From positions 895,567 to 959,566 of the forward strand of contig MU053629.1 in the NCBI GenBank assembly GCA_013239625.1: DNA of 64,000 bases, given 5' to 3'. Made by a program: the position numbers and the translations under genes. The notes beneath the pieces are model-generated. The model was not told the DNA's origin, did no database searches, and saw only the letters and a program-made list of their open reading frames with translations. Each line of letters opens with the position of its first letter. Position 1 is the stretch's first letter. This stretch comes from Lama guanicoe. Its lineage: Eukaryota. Below are positions 52,819 to 64,000 of this stretch, in pieces.

Positions 52819-53751
52819 GCCTAAAAGGTCACATCTTCCTCACTTTCAAGAATTCTAAACAGATGCGAACCCTCTGCTGAGTAGCCAAGCCTTTAATTTT
52901 TCTGTGTTTTATCTGAAAAAGAATTTAAATAATTATAAACACCACAACCTGTGTCAAAGAAGTGGGACATAAAACAGATTGTCTAATACACGTTTGAGAG
53001 TCAATGGCCCAGCTTTTACTACCGCGAGGCCGGGAGGGTGGAGGAGACGGTCTTAACCTCACGAGAACCTGGAGCATACACGACTGACTGCCATGGTGCT
53101 AACCAAACCCCAACATTAAACTGGCCCTGCCCCTCTGAATTCTAACCTGGAGAGTTGCACAGAGGCTTCCCTTCATTCTCATGATGTGGCACTGAATTCC
53201 TTACAAGCTGGAAAGTTCATTTTCCAGGCCCACCTGCCATTCCTTTACTCCTGCAGAGGCATGGTAGCTTGAAGAGCATTGGCGTGTGCCTGCTGCCGTG
53301 CAGATTACAGATCCGCCACAGTACCCTTGGAGACATGACTGTCACCATGGAAGCTAGAGAGCGTTCCAGCCTCTCACCCCTCATTTGTAAATGAGGGCAT
53401 GGATCAGATCATCTGTCTCCAAGTGCTAAAATGTGATGATTCTATGGGGGAAACTTTTAGCATCAAGTATGATTAAGTATTCTGAAAGGTGGGTTGAGCT
53501 TCCAATTTGTTAAGGTCTGTCCATGGGTCTGGAAATGGACCCCCCCCCCAGTAGGGGCAGGTGCTGGCCTTGGGTCCAGACACTGGCGGGCAGAGACGCA
53601 CATCCTCCCGCAGGGGCAGCTGGCAGCAGGTTTTGCATGTCTGCTTCTCACCTGTGTTTCGGTTGCTGCTCGCCTCTGTTAGTTTAGCTTCCCTGTTTTC
53701 CATTGTGCCACTGTTTTTTTTCTTTCTCTCCCATCTTTTCTCTTCATGCAG

Positions 53752-53755
53752 ATAA
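53752..53755 (+). CDS. TPM1: TPM1 exon 9b coding bases for the striated isoform (last base of Ile284 + TAA), followed by its 3'UTR
   Basis: long pyrimidine tract, catgcag|ATAA; completes an 855-nt CDS. Confidence 0.96.
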
Positions 53756-53930
53756 GTTTCTTTGCTTCACTTCTCCCAAGACCCCTTCATCAAGCTGGAT
53801 GTCCCACCTCTCTGAGCTCTGCAGTGTGTCTGTTCTCCAGCTGACCCTGGTTCTTTCTTTTCGCATCCTGCCTTAGGGCCGGGCGCACACTGTGCTTTCT
53901 ATTGTACAGAAGCTCTTCATTTCAGTGTAA

Positions 53931-54012
53931 AATAAACACTGTGTAAGCTATTTCTGTTTGCTATTCTTTTTACTTCTTATTTATTGGCATTTTAGTTTCA
54001 ACATTGAATAAA
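53931..54012 (+). terminator. TPM1: Two polyA signals of exon 9b
   Basis: AATAAA at 53931-53936 and 54007-54012, each followed by T/GT-rich sequence. Confidence 0.85.
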
Positions 54013-54126
54013 GCTACAGGTCTGCTTCACACATACGAGGGTTAATTTTTGGCTGCTGCTTTGCTTTTTTTTTTTTTTCCCCTCCCCATTCTGAATATTA
54101 GACACAGATGGCAAGAATTTCTAAAA

Positions 54127-54283
54127 CAGTGGTTCCTTGTGGAACGTCTTAAAAATACGCAGGCCTGGGTCCCTCTCAGAGTTTTGGCTTCCAAAGTTTA
54201 AAGTGAGGCCCGGGCACCTGAGTGGTTTATTTTTTTAGGGGCTGAGGTGGTCCTGGAACGCAGTGCGGGCTGAGAACCTCTGT
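54127..54283. mobile_element. MER5-like hAT-Charlie MITE
   Basis: cagtggttc...gctgagaacctctg termini. Confidence 0.6.
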
Positions 54284-56369
54284 GCAGGGGACGTTTCCTT
54301 GTTGCGGTCAGGAGGCCTGCCTTGAGCAGTGTCTTCCTCTGCCAGATGTTTGGTTTGGGATGCAGTGAGCCCTCTGTGCTGATGATCAGGTAGCCCTGCC
54401 TGGGAGAGGGTGGTTAACAGATGAAAGTCATGATGAAGTCTCCATAGCCATCCTGCGTTGCTAGGAATTTACCCGTTGGAGAAAGTGAAAAAGAACACGG
54501 CTTCAAACACTGTAAACTAAGATGATTGTTGATCATCCTTTTACAGCCCAAAGAGCAGTAAAAGCTTTTTAAAAGTATGTTCATTCCTCAGCCACCTTCA
54601 TTTTGATCATGAATTGACTTTCTTATGTTTTAGGAACATACGATTATGTTCAAGTGGAGATTTATATCCAAGTAGAGTGGACTTTTAAAAATCTATGATC
54701 TAGACTATGCCTCTCCCTTGAGACTATAAAGACTTCTGTGATTTCTTGTTTTTCTTTTCCTAAGGCTCTGTGGGGCTGCCTTTGACTATGACTCCTGCCT
54801 TGTTGCATTTTGGATTCAGAGTAATAGATGTGGGGCCTTATCTGAATAACCCTGCTTCCCACCATAGACAAAATGACACGTCTGAAAGTTCTGCCGGGCA
54901 GATGTTCAGTTAATTCTGCAGGCTCACGGTTTCTTGGAAACCCTTCCAGGGACTTTCACACTTTCTCTAAGCATTTTCTACAAGGAGAAATGGGAAACTG
55001 ATGGGTTGGGAAGGCAGATCTGGAATAACCCAAGAGGGTATGGGCGCACAAGAGAATAAGTAGCTAGTTGATTTTATCAAGACATTGTCAGAGCCCAAGC
55101 TTTTAGCTCAGAGGGCCAGGCTGTACAAGAGGCTTTTAGTTGGCAACAAACCAAAAGCACTGCCAAATCTGGGCACTAGAGGCCCCTGACATCGGGGAGG
55201 TAGAATAGGAGGGGAAAAGACGGATAACCGTTACTGGTCCCTGCCCCCGGGCCACCCAGCACACCAGCTCCATGCAGCTGAAATGGAGCAGGTCCAGAGG
55301 AGGATGCGGGCGGGACAGCTGGCATTTAAGCTGCATTCACATTGATCCTCTGGGTTCTCTAGGATTTCTCCAAAATTGGCCTGTGCATTGGCTCAGCAAA
55401 CTGAGGTGCCCCCCATGATGGTGTGTGTGTGTGCTAGTGGCGTTTACACTGTGCAGCCTCCAAACATGCGAGACAGTGAGATGGAGGGAGGATGTGGTGA
55501 AGAGATGAATCGGAAGTGTTCTCTGTCCTCCTTGCATGTTGTAGGAAGACAGATGAGCAAGGCGAGTCTGAGCTAACAGATGGCGTGTATTTTAGAGTCA
55601 ATGGGATGAGAGGATAATTCTGACTGGGAGCTTCCTGGAGGAGGTGACATTTGACTGGGCTTTTGAATAGTCAGGAAGTGTGGATCAGCAAAGAAGACAA
55701 GGCAGCAGATACTCTAAGCTAGAAAGCACGATGAATAGAGCGTTTTCCCATCTCCTACCATGTATGAGAGAGAGTTAAAAATAAGAACTGGTCAATTTCC
55801 TGGCAGATTGGGGGCTAGAAACCAAACGCTTTTATTTTCCCCTGGGGGCAGGACTGTCAGCCCTCTAAGATCAGTAAGTAGAGTTTGTGGGTCCAGGCTG
55901 TCACTGTCATTTGGAACAGTCACGAGTTGGTAAGTGCCAGTTCTTGTCATTGTCGGGGCACAGCCCCGGCCCGCCAGAGGCAGACTGACTGTCACGCTGC
56001 CTTCCTGCCAAGTGGCAGCTTCCAGGCCAGTGTGTAACATGTATGTCACCCTGGCCTCCACGGGGGTGGTCTCCATCCGAGGGTGAGGTTTTGTCCATTT
56101 TGTATACATCCGTCTAGCACCAGAGAATGCCATCCTCCTCAGGAAGTCAGCAGTTAAATTTTAAATCCATTTTGAGTGGAGATACGTGCTTGTTCCTTTG
56201 CTGTTTGAGTAGGTAACACACCCCCTGTACCTAAGCTGGATGAGAGTTCAGAGTTTGCACCAAGTTACGGCAGTGGGGTGGGACAGGGCACTTAGTTCTG
56301 CATTTCAAAGACTGTTCATACAGCAGTGGCCTCTCTTGGTTCTACCTGCAAGGAAAGCCAGCCCTGGGA

Positions 56370-56705
56370 GCGGAGATGGAAGGGTTCCGGGAAGAGGTGA
56401 GCAGAACCGGGCAGGGTGCGGTCTGGCCGTGAGCGCCCCGCTGGGCCGAGCGAGGAGCGGGCGGCGCGCCGCGCCCCAGCCCTGCCTCAGCTCCGGCTCG
56501 CATGGCGCGTTTAGTGAGATGCAGGAGGAACACTCTTTCTCTCCGCCTCGGGCCCTCCCGCTCTCCTTCCCTTCTCTCCTGCCGAGAGAGGAACCTCGGC
56601 TCCTCCTAAGTCTGCCGGGCCTCCTACCATCCGCCCACCCGGGCGCGGGACCACCGACCACGGGGTGAGGGTAAACTGGCCCACGCGCCCCTGGTGCCCG
56701 AGGTA
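56370..56705. promoter_or_regulatory. Intragenic CpG-rich island upstream of exon 9c
   Basis: Abrupt cluster of CpGs and GC boxes (e.g. gagcgggcggcgcgccgcgcccc) in an otherwise CpG-poor intron. Confidence 0.7.
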
Positions 56706-56804
56706 CCTCTGTGTCCTGTCTGGTAACTCGCTCTCACTGGCTCTAGCTAACCTCTCTCCCTTCTGCCTCCTCTCTTCTGCTAACCTGCTTGCTGACCTGT
56801 ACAG

Positions 56805-56878
56805 ACCAACTCTACCAGCAACTTGAGCAAAACCGCCGCCTCACTAACCAACTAAAGCTGGCCCTGAATGAGGACTAA
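56805..56878 (+). CDS. TPM1: TPM1 exon 9c (brain C-terminus)
   Basis: gtacag|AC; (D)QLYQQLEQNRRLTNQLKLALNED*. Confidence 0.96.
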
Positions 56879-57593
56879 ACTTAAGTGGGAGAGGACTGGG
56901 GCTGAATTCTAGGAATGGAGCCCACGGGCAGGAGTTCTAACTGTCGAACTTAGAGGATTGAAAACAGTAGCTTTCTGCAGAATTGAACATGAAAGGAATC
57001 AGTTGAAAGGCTGGCCTTGCCTGCGTTTTCCTCTTATATCTGGAATAATTAAGTTCTCTTTAATCCCAAAACGACTTTTATGGGAAAATGACACATATGT
57101 ATATGGATAAATGTTTATACTCAATTCAGCACTTGTCTTTGCCGTAGCAGGTCCTCTTGTTTGAACTGATGCATAATGAGGACCAAGATACTGTTTTCTA
57201 TTTCCTACAGAGAACTGAGTCCTGCTTTAAGTTAGAAAGCCAAAGCAGAGGGGTGTGTATGTGTACAACCATATATATATTATATATAGGGCGTGATGTA
57301 TATAATACATATTCATATTGCATATTCATATTCCTAACTTCTGAGTATCTGGTATAGTGTTTGAAATACGATTAAATGTACCTGTGCTTGGGCAAAATAG
57401 CTTTTGAAAACAGGAGTTCTTGTCAGAAGTCCCTGATTGTCTGAAAGGTATGCTTGTATCCAGTCTCATGGCGCTGTTGGAATCTGGTGAGGATGTCGTG
57501 CTAATTTAAACTAGAGCACTGTGAGAATAATCAGAGAATGTCCTCCTGAAGTGTGCATGAAACGTGTTGATAATGTTTTTTATGAGCAACAGA

Positions 57594-57599
57594 AATAAA
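57594..57599 (+). terminator. TPM1: PolyA signal of exon 9c
   Basis: AATAAA with downstream GT/T-rich sequence; ATTAAA also at 57371-57376. Confidence 0.7.
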
Positions 57600-58058
57600 T
57601 CATTTACAACGTTGTCAGAAAACCTATTTACGTACGTCATCTTTGTTTTCTGTGAGATTGTGTTTCAGCAACACAACTCCCAAACCTTTAACTGCCCGTT
57701 AACTCAGAAATGCCTGCTGTTATTAACGTCAGCGCCACGGGCTCCTCCCCCTGTCCCCGCAGCGCGGGACTGGCGAGCCTGCACCACACCCCACCTGCGT
57801 TTCGTCCTCACGGTGGCTTGTTGGTGAAGGTCCGCCTGGCCGCTCTGTGAGAACCCGCTGTGTCTGTAGTTCCTTCGGGTCCAAGACGGCCTCCCCTTCG
57901 TAGGTCCTTGTCTGGGAATGAGTCATGTCTTACAAGCATGCCAAGTCCTAATCATCTCATCCTGTGTTTGTGATTGATGTTTGCCTGCCTGAATGTACGA
58001 GCTACCACTGTGTCCAAAGTGCAGCTATTCATGACTTAATTTTCTAATCCCACCACAG

Positions 58059-58141
58059 AGAAAGTGGCTCATGCCAAAGAAGAAAACCTTAGTATGCATC
58101 AGATGCTGGATCAGACTTTACTGGAGTTAAACAACATGTGA
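58059..58141 (+). CDS. TPM1: TPM1 exon 9d (smooth/non-muscle C-terminus)
   Basis: ccacag|AG; (E)KVAHAKEENLSMHQMLDQTLLELNNM*. Confidence 0.98.
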
Positions 58142-58878
58142 AAACCTCCTTAGCCGCGACCACATTCTTTCATGTCTTTGTTGTTTTTTTGTTTTGTTTT
58201 GTTTTTAAACACCATGCTTACCATGAAACCCCTTCAATGCATTTTTATTTACTTTTACCACTGTCACAGAAACAGCCACAAAATACCAGCTAGATCGGGG
58301 GTGGGGAAAACACACACACACACACAGGAGAGCCTGTGTCAAGGCGATGATGATTTCAATGTGCCATGTCCCAGGTCGACGTTTTGCCACACTTGGTAGA
58401 GAGTTTAGCAACACTGTGTGCTTAGTCAGTCCAGGAATCCTCACTAAAGCAGAAAGATTGCCCCTCGAAGTGCCAATGATGTTTGAGCAGGACAGTGAAT
58501 GTTGGAAACACAGTCAGGTGTGGATTGGTGCTACTTGAAACAAAAGGTCCCCCTGTGGTCTTTCGTTCAATATTGTACAACTTAGAATCCTGTCCAACAC
58601 TAATTTATTTTGTCTTGAGCTTTACTATGAGGTGAGACTGTGGATCCTGTCTGCCAGAATTCGCTGAAGCCATGGGTGTGTAAGCCACGATGCCCCTCTG
58701 AGGCTTCTGTTCCCTTCTCATTGGCACGTTTGCAGCTCGTTACAGCTCGTAGGTTAGCATGTGATGTGGATTTCCACCATGTTAAACTGAAAGACTTAGG
58801 CGCTACATACGATTGGTAAAGAAAAAACCCTTTTCTTTAAGAGTTATAACTGTATGTAAACCTTGTATAATGATATGG

Positions 58879-58884
58879 AATAAA
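58879..58884 (+). terminator. TPM1: PolyA signal of exon 9d (gene end)
   Basis: AATAAA preceded by TGTA motifs and followed by a GT-rich downstream element (~58911-58947). Confidence 0.88.
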
Positions 58885-61800
58885 ATGCACATTGTAGGAC
58901 ATTTTCTAAATGTGGTGGTCCTGTCGTTTGTATGTTTTTTCTTTGTGAACTTGAGATCATGTGATCAGCCTCCTTCCCTTACGCGTGTTTCTTAGAGCAA
59001 CGTCGTACCTAGGGGTCTGGGGGGAACGGTCTTGTGTGTTCTCCTCCCAGAAGCACTCAAGGCAGCAGCCCTGTAGTCTGTGAAAGTTACAACCAAGCAG
59101 GAAGGGACCCATTCCAAGTCCAGGCCTTTCTCCAGGCTACAGGTTATATCTGCACATATCTGCACCAGTGGCTCTACTGGTTTGGGGATATTTTCCTCAA
59201 TTCTTAGTGAAGTCTTTGGCAGTGGCAGTCACACACATCAACAAATTGTGAGTTAACGCGCTGAATCTGCTGTCTCCCAGCAGTGTGAGTCTCCTTAAAA
59301 GTGGAAAGAGTCTTGGTGTCTGCATTCTAACTCGTGCTGAGTACTAAATTCCAATACATCTTCTTTTTCTTGGACTTGGAAACTGAAAATATCACAAGTC
59401 ACTCTTCAAGACTTTAAGCAAGCACAGACAGATTGCAGACTCTATTAGTTGGCTAAACCTGTGCTGCGAGGGGAAAAGGACATCTCCACGAAAAGCGAAC
59501 ACAGTAAAAATGGAAATACACAGGTTCACTTGGATGCACAGATAATATTTTCATTGGAAAAGTGTTCATCATCCCTGTAGCTGTTCTCCACGCTCTTTGA
59601 TCGGGAATTTTCTCCCTGTAAACCCAAATAAAAGCCTGGCAGCCAGGCTTCCAGTTCCCACCTCCAAAAATCTGTCCCTTTGTTCGAGACAAATAACAGC
59701 TCTGAGTCTCAGCCTTCCCGCCTCTTCACCTGGGCTCGCCCCTGCCCACCCTCCGCTAGCCAGAATGTCTCCTGCCTCAGATCGTAAGAGGTTTTCCTAC
59801 ACTGGGCAGTTTTTCACTTTGGGAGCCAGATCTGGCTTCACCTTCCGTAGCTTGTCTCCCTAAATCTGAGATTCTCCGTCCCTGAAATGGGCACATCGCT
59901 TGCAGGGTGCTGTCGTGGGACTCGAGTGTGGCGCAGGTGATGATGTGCAGAGCACCTCAGGCATGCTTGCGACACTGCCTGCGGCTGTCCTCCCTCCCTC
60001 GCCGCCAGCGCTGCAGGGACCACCGCGGAGGGCGTTTAACAACCAGCCCGGGAAGCTGGGACAACACTAGCCTGCCCCACATGGCGATGCTGGTTATCAG
60101 CACTGTTCTCAGGTACCCTGTGCCAGAACCCATCATAAGCACCTTACGAGTGTTATTTCAGTTTCATCTCCGTCCCGTTTTACTCACTACAGGAACAGGC
60201 TCAGGGAGGCTGAGCAAACGTGCTCACAGGGCCAGAGCTCACAAGTAGTGGGGAGGGCGTCAGACTCGGGCCTGTGGACTCCAAAGCCCTGTTTGGATTC
60301 TTCTGCTTGTTTCAGATGTTTTACAGCAGAAGGAGTGCCTAGACACAGGTGGAAACAGGTGGGGCAGCAGGTACAGTGGGGAGAGGGCGAGGCTGGGAGG
60401 ATGGAGGAGGGCTGGCACGACCATGAGTGAGCGGTGTAAGGCCTGACTTCCTCCCTGGCTTCCCGGCATCAGGTGAAATCAATGAATTACTGCAGATTCA
60501 TGCCAATTCGAAGAATTATTACTCCCTGATCTTTCTGATAACTACAAAAGCGAGAACGCCCTGTCCCCAAGGGGCACACCCCTTGCGCCCTCTCAACGTG
60601 CTGCTCTGTGAGATCGGGGAAGAGTGCTTGAGGCACAGCCCTCCGGTGTGTAAACGCCGAGGCTGGACGCTGATGTCACCACTCAGAGAACTGTACAGAG
60701 AAAAAATTCAAGATTCGTACTCAATTCCATTGCCGAGACTTGGCAGGCCCGGATTTCCTAGTGAACAGCTGGGAAAGTTGCCTTGTTCAGAGTAAAACAC
60801 TGGGACTCCACAGAGAAAGAATACAGGGTAATAATGTAAACATCTTCCAGGAGTATTTAAATTTGTGATCAGAGATCTATGATGTCCTATTAAGGAGGAA
60901 AAAACAGCGCTTTGTGGATACTTTGTGAACTCTCTGAGGCTGGCGTTGAAGAGGACCGCCGTTCACTGCTCCTAGAGAACCATCAGCAGAAACGAACCCT
61001 AATTTTTGTGTATGCTGTTGTGTATCCTCCAGAGTTTAATACTGTGGGCTTGATTTTTTTTTTCTCCAGGAGAAAAAAAATGTATTTTTTTACTTGAACA
61101 AATATTTGAGTCTATGTTAACTATTTTCACCTGATGACCACGATTTGTATATGTGATTTAAAAAAAAAAAACTGTAGTCAGATTTACATACAGAAAAAAA
61201 AATGTGAATTCACCAATCAAAACAGAACCCTGGGGTGCTCAGGGAGCCATCATTTCCAGGAAGGCAGGCAGGGGTTTGGAGAGAAACGAGAAATGGCGGC
61301 AGTGCGGGAAGCGTTCCTTCCGTTATATACACGTTTTGACATTGAGGGTTTTCAGAGCCACATTCCTCCGACAGATGTCGTAAATTTTGTGTCAAACAGT
61401 GAATGACGCTGTGTTGAGGGCTGACTCATACGAATGCAACTTTTGCCAAATTTTGGACACACAGGCATCGACCTAGAGAATGAGCCTGGTTCCCGCTGCC
61501 TGTGAGTTTTCTTTCCATCTGTTCCCAAGGCCAAGGCGAACAAAGAGGTGAGTCAAGGCCTTATCAGGGCCCGCCAAGGCCGATGCCCTAACTGAAACGC
61601 TGACAGGGAGCAAGCCGGAGGAGGCTTATCATCAAGGCCTGAGACTCAGTGGCTTGCTCAAGGTCGCTCATCCGGTTGCCTTCAACCCCAGCTCTCCTGC
61701 CGGGCAGGCAGCAGAGTAGAGGGCTTGGAAACCAGAGGGGCCGCTTCCCATCCTCCGCCACTCACTGTGTGACCTCAGGTTTGTGCAGCCATTTCTTCGT

Positions 61801-64000
61801 CCTTGAAGGAGATCGTTGGCTCTTGGCGTGCCTGTACACTTCCTCTTCCTCCGGTCCCCCTTCTGATCCTCTACCCTGACTCTTTTTCTTTTTCCTCCCC
61901 TGGGTTGGGTTCCTAAGGAAACTGAAAGTAACTTTCATTTTGAAATGAAACCCCCCCACTCCCCCGCTGCACATCCCCTGCACCAGTCCCCCGGTGGTGG
62001 CTTCCCAGCGTACCCCACACATAAAAGACATTCCAAATCCGTTTGTGGATTGGCCCAGACGCACACGCTCCTGTAACAATTCCGGCATCCTTAATCACCT
62101 ATGCACAGGACAGGAAGAATGTTTCAAAGTGATAGGTTCGCATTTCATTTTTGAGCAAAACACTGGCCCTTGAAAAGAAGTTTCTGTTGCTCCCTTCTGG
62201 GGCTGCACTTGGATGTGTTGCTGGGGGGAGCCTGCTCGTAGGCCTCGCGGCAGATGTACATGAGGGCAGTTCAGCCCTCATTCATCCTTGGAGGGGCTGC
62301 GAGACAGGCCCACTGCCGAGTCTGTCTGCTATCTCCAGAGGACAGCTAACGACAGGAGAGGGAAAAGCCCTTTATGTGGGTGTGTGTGGGGCAGAGGAAC
62401 GATTCTCCGTCCTCTCTCCCCAGGTCCGTGGATGCTGCGTAGGGATGGGGGTGAGAGTAGAGGACACTTCATGATGGTGAATCCTGATCTGTTGTTAATT
62501 CAGGAGGTACTCAGGATTTGGAATGCTGTCCTTCCAGTGAAACTCTTATTGGACTCATAAATCAGATATTAAAGTCCCAGGTACATGCAGCAGAATAATA
62601 CAGCCCTGTGGTCTTTGATGAGCTGGGCTGACCACATCCTGCATCAGGACCCCACCCCACCCCATCCCAAGCCCATGTCCTCTATGAAAACCACATTTCA
62701 CAATAAAACAGTTTGCCGATTAACTGGTGGAGTCATGCTGTGGTCATGGACACCATCATCTGAAGTGAGCCCCGTCACTATCTCAAATGAGGAAAGCACT
62801 GTTGCTAGGAGCCCAGTGATCAGCATGTTAGAAATGTGACCCAGCGCCCAGGCAATAGGGTTTTTCCTTTTTGTTTTTAAGGTGAGTGACGGCTTCACAG
62901 GGACAGCTGGCGTATCTGCATCCTGGGGGTCGGTCGGGAAGTGACTCGCTGGCTTACTGGTGCTCAGTGACCGCCGTCCCTGCTCTGCTCTCACAGCGTA
63001 CTCCTTTCCAGGGAACTCCAGGACTGTCTGCCTTAGCACCTTCCCAAGAAATAAAAAAGGAACAGGCCGATAGTTTGCCTAGGAATAGGAGTGTAATCAA
63101 TGTAAAGACAGTGTGACTCAGCAAAGTGTTTCTAGTCTCAAATCCTGGCAGGACTGTTCACATCTCTTCAATCCCCAGCCCTCCGCTGGAGAACGCCTAT
63201 CTGGAAGGTCTTGTATTGTCTCTTTCCCCTCCAGCGACAGTTTCTCATTAATCTCTCCTGCTCACTCTCTCTTAAACATAGAAAGAGCTTCCATAGTGCC
63301 TTCTAGTCACTAGGGAACATATGGAGCTTAAGATGATAAGTAATTTCGCCTACAGGACCAGGAATTTCCATTTCCACTTAAGCATTTATTTTCGGGATTA
63401 TAGATTGGAGGCTGTAGGATAATATAGAGTAAGTATAAAACAGACTGGGGGAGTCTAATCTGGAGGAAGCAAAGCATGCATATTAAAAATAATAATAATA
63501 GGATCTGATTGCCTGGCAAAATGAGAGCAAATGATACAGGAGTACATTGAAAACAGACATCATGCTCCCTTCCTGGAAAATTTTTAACCACTGAAAACCA
63601 ATGGGAAAGGCTCTCTCGGGCACGCTGTGTAATTTTCTCCAGTACTCCAGCCTCAGGCATGTGCGACTCGCCTTACCTCTCAGACCTTAGAAGCAAGAGC
63701 TCTGCTGGTTCGTAAGTGCTTTGGTTTTGCTATTTACTCTGGCCAGCAAGATTTTTGTTCTGTATCGTCGGTTTCTTCTGCTGGACTTAATTTAAAAATT
63801 CTCCCCTATCACTCATGTCCCATTTCTCGTTTTATGTCATTTAACTTCAAAAAAAAATTTCTTTGGTCTTACTATACCTTCGCTTTTATCCTAGAGCATC
63901 CGTAAATCTTCAGAGCAAAGAAATAGAGCATAAATAAATAATTACATAGACTCTCAGGGACTACAGAATCAGCTTTTTACTCCACAGGAGAGATCTGCAG

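Noticed and set aside
55370..55379. Perfect CArG CCAAAATTGG in the 9b-9c intron
   Set aside because: Isolated 10-mer with no neighbouring muscle motifs noticed; expected by chance in 64 kb
59000..64000. Possible neighbouring gene downstream of TPM1 (LACTB follows in human)
   Set aside because: No recognisable exons or CpG-island promoter within the window

Overview
Mammalian genomic DNA containing the complete alpha-tropomyosin gene TPM1 on the + strand (~31.3-58.9 kb). It is probably from a camelid, judged from its tRNA-Ala-derived SINEs and Ala52 in exon 2b. All 15 canonical exons (1a, 2a, 2b, 1b, 3, 4, 5, 6a, 6b, 7, 8, 9a, 9b, 9c, 9d) can be placed to the base. The spliced striated form (1a-2b-3-4-5-6b-7-8-9a-9b) is 855 nt, i.e. 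284 aa plus stop. The first ~31 kb and last ~5 kb are non-coding, with L1, L2, MIR, MaLR (MLT1), hAT DNA-transposon and SINE relics; the other listed ORFs look spurious. I see no novel multi-gene system. The most notable anomalies are: (1) the exon 1b splice donor reads TT instead of GT, with two unusual substitutions in the same exon; (2) an apparent 1-nt insertion changes the alternative TMBr-2-type reading frame of exon 9b; (3) an inverted L1 junction forms a 25-bp-stem hairpin in an intron; (4) an orphan CpG island lies just upstream of brain exon 9c; (5) a ~245-bp tandem duplication sits inside an MLT1 LTR. Orthologue comparisons are from memory and need alignment to confirm.
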